From an uncultured bacterium (GTDB lineage: Bacteria; Patescibacteriota; JACMRA01), in NCBI GenBank assembly GCA_963704645.1, contig OY969926.1, forward strand, positions 928,001 through 992,000: a stretch of 64,000 nucleotides of DNA, read 5' to 3'. The notes below the pieces were generated by a model. That model saw only the letters and a program-made list of their open reading frames with translations, was not told where the DNA came from and did not search any database. Position 1 is the first letter of the stretch. Each line of letters opens with the position of its first letter. Positions 20,058 to 28,147 of this stretch are shown piece after piece. A program made the position numbers and the translations under genes.

Positions 20058-20176
20058 TTGTTTAAAAATATAGATTTGGGGGAAATTTGTCAACCTTAAC
20101 ATGGTTATAAACCAACCTGAAAAATTAGCATTTGATGTTTGAAACACAACATAGAATTTTTATAGTACCAATTGTG

Positions 20177-20854
20177 TTAAAACTCAATAACTGTATTTCT
20201 ACCTTTTGCTATAGCTTTTTTCCAAATATCTAATTTATGCGTTTCTAGCTCAAGTTCTTTTGCTGAAAGGTTAATATTGGTTTTTATTGATTGATCTATT
20301 GTTTTTTTAATTGCTTCTGGAAGAGTAATTTTCAAAATGCTTTCTTTAATAGAATCTCTGCCAAAGCCTTTGTACCTATGATATAAATCTGGATAAACTG
20401 GACCATGCTCCCAAGCTTGCAGAGTAAAATTGAAATACCTAAAACCCAATTCATCAAACAATTCTTTATCTATGAAAAACAATAGTTTGTTAATTTTTAA
20501 GTTGGAAATATCAAAATTGTCTCCTAAAAGTTTTTCACCTTGTCCTAGAATATAATTAGCAATTTCAAAAATTGATAAACTGCCTGCTGGTTTTATAAAG
20601 TCTAGTTCAAGCCCTGTAGCTTTGCAAAACTTAGCAATTGTACCAGTTGTAATTCCACCATCAAGGCTTTCAATACGGGAAATTACAGTTTGGGTTACAC
20701 CCATTTTTTCAGCAAGTTCAAGCTGAGTAAGGCCAAGTTCAAGTCTGTGTTTTTTAATTTTTAAGGCAACTTCAATTTCCTCGGTGCGTTTGGCAATAGC
20801 AGTAGTAAACTCTGGGGAAGAGATTATTTCTTGAAGTTTTTTTACGTTAGACAT
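20177..20854 (-). CDS. XRE-HTH fused to Panacea/SocA (DUF4065) antitoxin domain
   Basis: LTQLELAEKMGVTQTVISRIE, then ISNLKINKLLFF...AWEHGPVYPDLY...LELETH...WK. Confidence 0.85.
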   Translation of the reverse strand: MSNVKKLQEIISSPEFTTAIAKRTEEIEVALKIKKHRLELGLTQLELAEKMGVTQTVISRIESLDGGITTGTIAKFCKATGLELDFIKPAGSLSIFEIANYILGQGEKLLGDNFDISNLKINKLLFFIDKELFDELGFRYFNFTLQAWEHGPVYPDLYHRYKGFGRDSIKESILKITLPEAIKKTIDQSIKTNINLSAKELELETHKLDIWKKAIAKGRNTVIEF

Positions 20855-21242
20855 ATGGAAAAAGTATTTTAAATTTGGTGTTTTGATAAATTACAAGATT
20901 GTTTTCTCCTTTTTTTATTTCTTTAGTCTCAGTTTTTTGAGTTTTTTTGGTAAATCCGTGGAGAACTACAAAATTTGGTTTTTCTATAGTATAAAAAAAT
21001 CTACAAATATTATTTCCACTTTTTACCCTTAATTCAAAACAACGAAAGTTACCATGAACAAAATGTTTTATATCTGTAAAACTAGCATGCTCATCTGGCA
21101 AGGATTTTATACGGGAAATGGCTTTAACAAAGAGTTCTTTATTAGTTTTTGAAAGATCAATAAGGTAGTCTGCAACTGGTGAGTTTATTCCATCGTCGCT
21201 AACTAAATAAACCTTAAAATTTTCAAATACATTTGTTGCCAT
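20847..21242 (-). CDS. RelE/ParE (HigB/Gp49-like) toxin
   Basis: SPVADYL...FELRVKSGNNICRFFY...VVLHGFTKKTQKT..KEI; toxin gene precedes antitoxin. Confidence 0.9.
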   Translation of the reverse strand: MATNVFENFKVYLVSDDGINSPVADYLIDLSKTNKELFVKAISRIKSLPDEHASFTDIKHFVHGNFRCFELRVKSGNNICRFFYTIEKPNFVVLHGFTKKTQKTETKEIKKGENNLVIYQNTKFKILFPYV

Positions 21243-21303
21243 ATACAATCCAATTATAAAATATAGCAAAATTGTAATATTGTCAAAAGGGGTATAGCAA
21301 AAT
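21243..21303 (-). promoter_or_regulatory. TA promoter with direct-repeat operator
   Basis: TTGACA and TATAAT-like boxes; TATAGCAAAAT repeated at 21262 and 21293. Confidence 0.55.
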
Positions 21304-21325
21304 ATTCAAAACGAAAGTAAGATTC

Positions 21326-21916
21326 CTATATATTTTTAGGTTTAATTTTTGCTGGATATTCGTATACAAACTTTAATATCATTTCAATCATAGTAATCAA
21401 ATCTTCCGCATCTTCTTTTAAAATAGACGGTATTTCATGGGTTGCTTCATTTCCTTTGTTTCTAATATGGTCTACCCAGACTTTAGAGTTAGGTGGTGTA
21501 TAATGATTATCATCTAGCCACTTAACATACTCAGCAAACTTTAGTCCAGTATCTACACCCTGCGATACAGCAATATTCATCAACAATTTTCTGCTACCTA
21601 ATACTGAAAGAGTGTAAGCACCTACAGAAAAAGATTGCCTTGTTTCATTATAAAGCTCATGAACAGTGCTGTCTAAGTTACCAATATCATCTCCAATAAT
21701 TGGCCCAGGAATTTGTTTATCATCTTCATTAAAGAAAGTTGGATTAAAGCAATGCGGACAAGTGTATATTAAGCTTTCTCTGCTTGACCTTCCATTTTTT
21801 AATACATCTGCTACATAAGATTTATCTGATGATATAGTGTTCGAACAATATCCACATTTAAAACTTTTTCCTGTTACTGAAATTGGATTATGCCAACTAT
21901 GAATTTTAGAATACAT
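21326..21916 (-). CDS. DUF4145 (HEPN-like) protein with N-terminal Zn ribbon
   Basis: CGYC...CPHC; YNETR...SVLGSRKLL...IRNKGNEATH. Confidence 0.85.
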   Translation of the reverse strand: MYSKIHSWHNPISVTGKSFKCGYCSNTISSDKSYVADVLKNGRSSRESLIYTCPHCFNPTFFNEDDKQIPGPIIGDDIGNLDSTVHELYNETRQSFSVGAYTLSVLGSRKLLMNIAVSQGVDTGLKFAEYVKWLDDNHYTPPNSKVWVDHIRNKGNEATHEIPSILKEDAEDLITMIEMILKFVYEYPAKIKPKNI

Positions 21917-21933
21917 ATTTTTTAGTATAGATT

Positions 21934-22527
21934 TTACTTATTTAAGTAATTAATTAGTTGATTAATTATACTTGGGTTAAGAATTATTGAAGAAACAATA
22001 TTTGCTAAAACATTATCACCCAAAGTTTTTATAAATTTTGCAGCTTTAGTGAAATTATTAGTTGTCTTATATTCTGTTAAAGCATCTTTGAGATTTTCTT
22101 TTTGCTCGTCGTCTAAATCTGTTTCTAATATATCTACAAATATTTCAAAGCTTATGATTTGACTTTGTTGCTGTGACTGGTTTTGGGTATTATTAATAAT
22201 TACACCAGATTGTGAGTTACCAAGCTCTTGCTTATTTCCTTTTACTACTGTTAAACCAAAAATTTTTATCTGTTCTATAATAGCTTTTAGGCATTGCCTG
22301 GCTCTTTCATTTTTTTGTTCATAAAAATTACCTGGTTGAGTACTTAAACCAGTGTATGATTCATTTTTAAAATAACTAACAATGTGATGGTCTTCTCCAA
22401 AAATGGTATTTAGTAAATGTAAAGATTCTTTGTACCAAGGAATATAGTCTGCTTTAATGTTTGTAAAATCATTAGACCTTGTTATTCTTGTCTGAATTGA
22501 CTCTATTATTAAGTTATCATTTAGCAT
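21934..22527 (-). CDS. Hypothetical protein with Q/N-rich linker
   Basis: 197 aa ORF with NNTQNQSQQQSQ linker, inside the TA cluster. Confidence 0.7.
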   Translation of the reverse strand: MLNDNLIIESIQTRITRSNDFTNIKADYIPWYKESLHLLNTIFGEDHHIVSYFKNESYTGLSTQPGNFYEQKNERARQCLKAIIEQIKIFGLTVVKGNKQELGNSQSGVIINNTQNQSQQQSQIISFEIFVDILETDLDDEQKENLKDALTEYKTTNNFTKAAKFIKTLGDNVLANIVSSIILNPSIINQLINYLNK

Positions 22528-22598
22528 AGCAATGTATTTGAATAAGCAATCATATCACCCTTTTTGTTAATTTAATCAGCATTAACCCCTACCCCAAA

Positions 22599-22973
22599 TT
22601 AAACCAAAGCAATATCAAACAAATCTTTGTATTTAAATTCCATTTTTATATCGGCACTTAATACTTTTGCCTTGTTTCTTTTTGCCACACATAGTTCAAT
22701 ACAGTCCTCTATATCATCTATGTTTTTAGCCAAATTAAAGGCTAAATGACAGTCTGCAGGGTTAATTTCTTGCAGTTCAAAATTACTTAAAAAACTATAA
22801 ATCTCTTCTTTGGTATAATCCTTTCTTAAAATATAAAAGCAAGTAGCAAAAGTATGTGTAGAAATAGAAAGTATATCAAAATTCTTTAAAATTTCTAAAA
22901 TTTTAGGCTTCCTTTCCCTTCCAGCAATTATATCAATTACAATATTTTTATCTAATAAAAGGTTATTTTTCAT
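22599..22973 (-). CDS. PIN-domain toxin
   Basis: LLLDKNIVIDII...DDIEDCIE...LSAD. Confidence 0.82.
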   Translation of the reverse strand: MKNNLLLDKNIVIDIIAGRERKPKILEILKNFDILSISTHTFATCFYILRKDYTKEEIYSFLSNFELQEINPADCHLAFNLAKNIDDIEDCIELCVAKRNKAKVLSADIKMEFKYKDLFDIALV

Positions 22974-23250
22974 ATACGCCAGCAGTTAATTTTCTAAAAT
23001 TTTCTTTTTCTTTAGCAGGATCGGCTTCATTAAATATTGGGCTAGTTAATTTTTTGGAAGGTAAATTTTCAAAATACTCAACTGCTTTTTGGCTTTGAGT
23101 TTTATTTTTTGATGCATCATTATTTACAGGCACAATTTGAAACAATTTCCCATAATAATCTAGGAAAAAGTCTTTTTCGTTGCCGCTATATATTTTTTCT
23201 AAAATTTCTTTAAGATTTTCACGAAACTGTACTGTTTTTACAATAGTCAT
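22963..23250 (-). CDS. Phd/YefM-like antitoxin
   Basis: MTIVKTVQFRENLKEILEKI N-terminus; overlaps the PIN gene. Confidence 0.65.
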   Translation of the reverse strand: MTIVKTVQFRENLKEILEKIYSGNEKDFFLDYYGKLFQIVPVNNDASKNKTQSQKAVEYFENLPSKKLTSPIFNEADPAKEKENFRKLTAGVYEK

Positions 23251-23302
23251 ATATTAAAGGTTTAATATTAATATTAAAGGTTAAACTTTATAAACTGTCA
23301 AC
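23251..23302 (-). promoter_or_regulatory. TA promoter/operator
   Basis: ATATTAAAGGTT repeated at 23251 and 23271 (the first lies within the palindrome ATATTAAA-GG-TTTAATAT); TTGACA upstream. Confidence 0.6.
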
Positions 23303-23304
23303 CC

Positions 23305-23616
23305 CTACCCAACCTTCAGCTCAACCTTCAAATGGCTATACCCAGAATACAACTTTTCCTCAAAAATAGAACAATTAGTTTTTAAGAAGGCCAGCATGGT
23401 TTTGTTCTCGCATTGAATTTTAATGTTCAACAGGGTTTGATCTTCGTCTAACTTAATGAATATTTTAACTTGCTCTATCTCGGCTTCGTCTAAATTTAGA
23501 TCTTTTAGAATGGAAACTATATCTTCCCGAATTGTGAAATTAAGAAAGGCAAGCTGTTTTAACTTGCCCATTCCTGTTTGTTGAATTTTATCGCTTAGTT
23601 TGTATGGTTTGGCCAT
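23305..23616 (-). CDS. Hypothetical protein, possibly DciA/DUF721-like
   Basis: About 103 aa; IKIQCENKTMLAFLK...IFEEKL...LKVELKVG pattern is reminiscent of DciA; directly follows rnj. Confidence 0.4.
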   Translation of the reverse strand: MAKPYKLSDKIQQTGMGKLKQLAFLNFTIREDIVSILKDLNLDEAEIEQVKIFIKLDEDQTLLNIKIQCENKTMLAFLKTNCSIFEEKLYSGYSHLKVELKVG

Positions 23617-23629
23617 GGCTAGCGAATTT

Positions 23630-25771
23630 TTAAACCTGAACAATTACTGGAATAATCATTGGGTCTTTATCGGTTTTTTGGGCAATAAAGTCTTTGGTGA
23701 TGTTCTTAATTTGCTGACGCATTTCAGTCCAATAAGTTTTAGATTCTGGGTCTAAATTAATTCTTTCAAATTTAGCTCTAATTTCTTCTCTTATTTGGTC
23801 GAATAAATCTACACTGGTTTTCATGTATACAAAACCACGACTAATTAATTCTGGGCCGCCAACAAGTTTCTTTTGTTTGTTAACTAATAGCACCACAATT
23901 ACGCTACCTTGCTTGCTCATTTGTCTTCGTTCTTCTAAAACTAGTTCAGAAACTGCACCAACTCCTGTTCCGTCTACTAATAAATAGCTTTCGGTAACAA
24001 CGTCGTCGGTTAATACAACTTCTTTAGAACGTAATTCTACAATTCTACCGTTTTCGCCAATTAAACAGTGTTCTGCTGGAATACCCATTCCTGCTCCAAG
24101 TTCTCCAACTTTCTTCAACATGTAGTGGCTACCGTGAATTGGTTGTAAATAGTCTGGTCTAGTTAAAGCAAACAATAATTTCAAATCTTCTTGGCAAGCA
24201 TGTCCGGAAACATGTAATCTAAATTCTGATGGGGAAAATACAGTTACACCTTTTCTAGAAAGTTGGGCAATTAAAGCTTGAATAGAATCTTCGTTACCAG
24301 GAATAGTTGTAGAGCTAAAAATAACTGCATCACCGCCTTGTAATCTAATTTGGTCGTGTTCGTCACGTGACATTCTGCTTAAACCAGCCAATTCTTCACC
24401 TTGTGAACCTGTTGCTAAAATACAAACTTGGTTATCTTGTAATTTACCAATTTCGTTCATTTCAATAATTAAACCTTGTGGAACTTTCAAATAACCTAGC
24501 TCGAAACAAGCCTTAAAGTTATTTACCATAGATCTTCCAACCAACGCCAGCCTTCTGTTATATTTAACACAGGCATCAATAACTAATTGTGCTCTAGAAA
24601 TTGAAGAAGCAAAGGTTGTAAAAATTATACGTCCTTCACATTCGCCAAAAATTCTAGAAATTGTCTGGCCAATTACCTTTTCTGAAATTTGGTAACCTGG
24701 TTTTAAAACACCTAATGAATCGGTAAGCAAAAGCCTTACACCTTCATCTCCTAATTCGGCTAATTTTCCGTAATCGCTTAAATGTCCGTCAATTGGGGTA
24801 TTATCGAACTTCCAATCTGTAGCGTAAACAATTCTACCCATTGGTGTGTCTATTGCTAAACCAACTACGTCTGGAATGGAGTGATTTAATCTGAAGAATT
24901 GGAATCTGAAAACACCTAAACTTAGTGGTTGTTCTAAATTAATAATTCTTGCTACAAGTTTGTCGGCTAATTCAAATTCTTGAAGTCTGTTTTTTAGAAG
25001 TGCCAAAGTAAGCGGCATGCTAAAAATTGGGATTGGGCCTAATTTAGGCAAAATGTAAGGAGCAGCACCAATATGATCTAAGTGACCATGAGTGTAAATT
25101 AAACCTCTAATTTTGTGCCTATTTTGTTCAATGTAAGCAGTGTCAGGAATAATGTAGTCAACACCTGGGAATCTTTCGCCACCTCCAAAACCAAGACCGC
25201 TGTCAATTAATACAATGTCATCACCGCATTCAATAGCTGTCATGTTCATTCCTACTTCGTTTGTTCCACCTAAAGGAATTAATTTAACAATATTGCCTTC
25301 AGGAAAAACTGGAGCGGAATTTGTAGCAATTAATGGACCAGTATTAAAAGAAGGGGAAACAGTGGCGTGACCTAAGTTGCCTTTTGTCATCATTCCTGTT
25401 TTCTTGTTGAATCTACCACCTGGGTTAGGACCTCCGCTAGAAATTTCAAAAGTTCCAGGTTCGTTCTGATTTTCGTTTCTTCTAGTCATGAAATGTGACC
25501 TATCTGAAGTTACAGCAGAAGTTCTTGGCTCAGTTGAAACTGGTCTTCTGTTTCCGCCATTTCGCCTTTGTTGGCCTTGGCCAGAATTGCCACCACCAGA
25601 ATTATTATTTCTTTGTTGAGGCCTAGGTGGTTGCTTGAAAGCGTTCACCCTTGGAACAGGGTTGCTTGGTTTTTTGTTTAAATTTGCAGGCTCGCTATAA
25701 TTGATAGCCAAACCTTTATTAATTTCCGCAGAATTTGTCTGAGGAACGTTTGAGTTGTTTTCGTTTAACAT
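23630..25771 (-). CDS. rnj: Ribonuclease J with long disordered N-terminal extension
   Basis: IPLGGTNEVGMNM, THGHLDHIG, NHSIPD, TGSQGE, HVSGHA, PIHG, SRGFVY. Confidence 0.96.
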   Translation of the reverse strand: MLNENNSNVPQTNSAEINKGLAINYSEPANLNKKPSNPVPRVNAFKQPPRPQQRNNNSGGGNSGQGQQRRNGGNRRPVSTEPRTSAVTSDRSHFMTRRNENQNEPGTFEISSGGPNPGGRFNKKTGMMTKGNLGHATVSPSFNTGPLIATNSAPVFPEGNIVKLIPLGGTNEVGMNMTAIECGDDIVLIDSGLGFGGGERFPGVDYIIPDTAYIEQNRHKIRGLIYTHGHLDHIGAAPYILPKLGPIPIFSMPLTLALLKNRLQEFELADKLVARIINLEQPLSLGVFRFQFFRLNHSIPDVVGLAIDTPMGRIVYATDWKFDNTPIDGHLSDYGKLAELGDEGVRLLLTDSLGVLKPGYQISEKVIGQTISRIFGECEGRIIFTTFASSISRAQLVIDACVKYNRRLALVGRSMVNNFKACFELGYLKVPQGLIIEMNEIGKLQDNQVCILATGSQGEELAGLSRMSRDEHDQIRLQGGDAVIFSSTTIPGNEDSIQALIAQLSRKGVTVFSPSEFRLHVSGHACQEDLKLLFALTRPDYLQPIHGSHYMLKKVGELGAGMGIPAEHCLIGENGRIVELRSKEVVLTDDVVTESYLLVDGTGVGAVSELVLEERRQMSKQGSVIVVLLVNKQKKLVGGPELISRGFVYMKTSVDLFDQIREEIRAKFERINLDPESKTYWTEMRQQIKNITKDFIAQKTDKDPMIIPVIVQV

Positions 25772-26130
25772 AAATGTAAATGGATTATGAATAATCTCTT
25801 GCTCTAAAGAATTCCCTAAGGAATTAGAACTTTGAACCAGACGAAAAAGTAAATTAAATTTGCAGAAATTAAAGTATTTCTAAGTTATTAAAACTTTACC
25901 CTCTCGCTTGCCTCCCAGCTGTATTTATTTTTATTAAAGGAAGTTTCGCCTTTTGAAACTTATTTGAAATTAGTATACTATAATGTTTAAGTAATCATCT
26001 AAATGTAAACCTCTCTGTAGAAATGAAAATCTGTTACTTTGAATTTATATTAAAGTTTTGAATTAACAATATCTAGGACAAATTAAATTTGGAATGAATG
26101 TAGTATTTGTTTTTTGTTTGAATTTTATTG

Positions 26131-26205
26131 TGGTGCCGAAGGTCAGAATCGGACTGACGACACGAGGCTCTTCAGGCCACTGCTCTACCACTGAGCTACT
26201 TCGGC
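26131..26205 (-). tRNA. tRNA-Phe(GAA), CCA encoded
   Basis: GCCGAAG TAGCTCAGTGGTAGAGC A GTGGC CTGAAGA GCCTC GTGTC GTCAG TCCGATT CTGAC CTTCGGC ACCA. Confidence 0.95.
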
Positions 26206-26273
26206 ATATAGCTTTACTATATTAACCAACTAAGTTAATACAAGTAAAACTAATATTTTAATAAATGTAAATC

Positions 26274-26639
26274 TTATTTAGTTTTATTGGCTAAATTTTG
26301 AAATAATTTTCTTACTGATGGTAAGACTTCGTTTTCTATCTCTGTCAACCCTAATTGTAATAATTTTGGACTTTTTACTTGTAAAATGCAGCTTAAATTA
26401 TTGGGTAACCTATCCTGAAAATTTAACTTTGAAAAAATGCTGTGTACTTTTCTTCGTAGTCTGTTTCTTTTGTTTGCTCTTCTTAAAACCTTCTTAGAAA
26501 TAACTACTAATAATTTAAAATCGTGACTTGCACTTGGACTTAAATATGTTTGAAATAAACTATTTTTATCTCTAAATTTAGTGCGGTAAACAGACTTAAT
26601 TTCTTTTTCTTGAATAATTCTGTTGGTTTTAGGAAGCAC
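26274..26639 (-). CDS. rnpA: Ribonuclease P protein component
   Basis: MLPKTNRI; VVISKKVLRRANKRNRLRR (RNR motif); directly downstream of rpmH. Confidence 0.92.
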   Translation of the reverse strand: MLPKTNRIIQEKEIKSVYRTKFRDKNSLFQTYLSPSASHDFKLLVVISKKVLRRANKRNRLRRKVHSIFSKLNFQDRLPNNLSCILQVKSPKLLQLGLTEIENEVLPSVRKLFQNLANKTK

Positions 26640-26666
26640 TGCAAAGTAAATTTAACTTGGAATTAT

Positions 26667-26810
26667 TTATTTAACAGAAGCTTGGAAAGCTAATCTCCAT
26701 CTTCCTTTTGCCCTTCTACTTTTTAGAATATGGGGGGCGTTTTTTAATCTGGCACGGAATCCAGCTTTTCTTGCTCTTTGCCTCTTTTTTGGCTGATAGG
26801 TAACAGACAT
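26667..26810 (-). CDS. rpmH: 50S ribosomal protein L34 (missed by the ORF track)
   Basis: Translated by hand: MSVTYQPKKRQRARKAGFRARLKNAPHILKSRRAKGRWRLAFQASVK*; TTGACA-17-AACAGT-8-ATG. Confidence 0.92.
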   Translation of the reverse strand: MSVTYQPKKRQRARKAGFRARLKNAPHILKSRRAKGRWRLAFQASVK

Positions 26811-26924
26811 CTTTAAACACTGTTAAAAAGAGTTGTTTTAATGTCAAGCAAAATGCGTAAGATTGGGATAACCTGCTGTTGAGACATGATAATCGACCAC
26901 TCGCTATCAAGAGCTTAAGATGAC

Positions 26925-26951
26925 TGTTGCCCTGAACTTGTTTCAGGGTCT
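26925..26951. repeat. CCCTGAACTTGTTTCAGGGTCT-type palindromic repeat
   Basis: Related copies at about 5746, 6849, 14130, 33701 (inverted) and 43585. Confidence 0.7.
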
Positions 26952-27163
26952 AAGCTGCTGAGCCACTCAAATTCGAGTATATTTACCCTATTTAAAAAGA
27001 AAACAACGAACATTGAGAGTATAAAAATACTACACCTCAACACTCCACAATATAAATTTTACCAAACCCAAGCGCTTCCTGCAAGTCCCTTGCAATTTAC
27101 AAAATTATATGCTTAGTTTAGCAGGATTGGAGTAAATTTATCAAATTACTGGAGATTAAAGTT

Positions 27164-27430
27164 ATGAGTTTAGCAGTTATTAACATTGCACCAATTCTGA
27201 ATCTACTGCCTCCTTGGGGGTGGATGATAATTGTAGCTGTAATTGGCTTCATTCTAATCTTTATCATTAAGATTAAATCCAATAGTGGAAAGCCTTTTGT
27301 CTTAGCGCTGGGCTTATCTGCTTGTGTTATTGCGCTAGTATTTAGCCACGACATCGATCCACTGCTTTGGCTAACTGGATTAGATGTGATTTTAGCAATA
27401 ATTCTCTTTCTCACACCCTACTCTGATTAA
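27164..27430 (+). CDS. Small 3-TM membrane protein (duplicated cassette, copy 1)
   Basis: LPP...IDPLLWLTGLDVILAII; GGAG upstream; terminator ATACGCC...GGCGTAT-T. Confidence 0.7.
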   Translation: MSLAVINIAPILNLLPPWGWMIIVAVIGFILIFIIKIKSNSGKPFVLALGLSACVIALVFSHDIDPLLWLTGLDVILAIILFLTPYSD

Positions 27431-27697
27431 AGTTGAGTGAAGTGAAAAATATACGCCCTGCTAAGCTCGGCGTATTTATATTTTCCAAAGAATTTAAGAA
27501 TGGAGAGCTGTCTTATTTCAATAATTTATTCGGTATATCTATTTTGATATTGGTGGTATTGTTTTTTACGGATATTATTCCGTTTGTATTAATTTAGTAA
27601 CACGAAGCTGAGACAAAATAATTCTTGTAATTTACAAAATTGTATGCTTAGACTGAGAAGGTATAAGTAAATATATCAAATTTTGGAGATGAAATTT

Positions 27698-27928
27698 ATG
27701 TTGAGATTACCACCAATAGTCTTGTTTGTCATATTGGTTGCAGTTGCAGTACTTTGCATTATTGCAATTCACAGAGGAATCAAAAAGATGTCCTCAACAC
27801 ATTTTATTGTGTTCGCAATAATTGCGATGGCGGGACTAGCACTAAAACTAGCAGGATTCGACCCAGTGATTCTTCTGGGGTTGATGGATGCAGTGCTTAT
27901 ACTTCTGGTTGCTTTTATCTATAAATAA
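27698..27928 (+). CDS. Small 3-TM membrane protein (duplicated cassette, copy 2)
   Basis: LPP...FDPVILLGLMDAVLILL; upstream and downstream flanks are homologous to copy 1. Confidence 0.7.
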   Translation: MLRLPPIVLFVILVAVAVLCIIAIHRGIKKMSSTHFIVFAIIAMAGLALKLAGFDPVILLGLMDAVLILLVAFIYK

Positions 27929-28061
27929 AATCCTTAAAATACGCCTGGTTATGCTTGGCGTATTTATATTTTCCAAAAAATTTAGGAATGTAGGGGTGTC
28001 TTTCTCAAAAAAAATTCTTAATGACGATTGTAAAATTGGTTGTTTAAACTCAAAACGTGGA

Positions 28062-28127
28062 TGGCGAGACAGGCTCGCCGCTACATTATTTTTTAAACGA
28101 TAATGGAGACACGGAGGTCTCCGCTAC
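28062..28127 (-). repeat. Two GTAG REP-like palindromes
   Basis: TGGCGAGACAGGCTCGCCGCTAC and TGGAGACACGGAGGTCTCCGCTAC. Confidence 0.7.
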
Positions 28128-28147
28128 GAATTTGTTGAGATGTAGCC

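Noticed and set aside
26716-26910. 64-aa minus-strand ORF
   Set aside because: Out-of-frame overlap with the real rpmH and its promoter.
26811-27100. oriC next to rpmH
   Set aside because: No dnaA gene and no cluster of TTATCCACA boxes seen.
27442-27600. Short hydrophobic reading frame between the duplicated cassettes
   Set aside because: Crosses a terminator and lacks a convincing start; at most a remnant.
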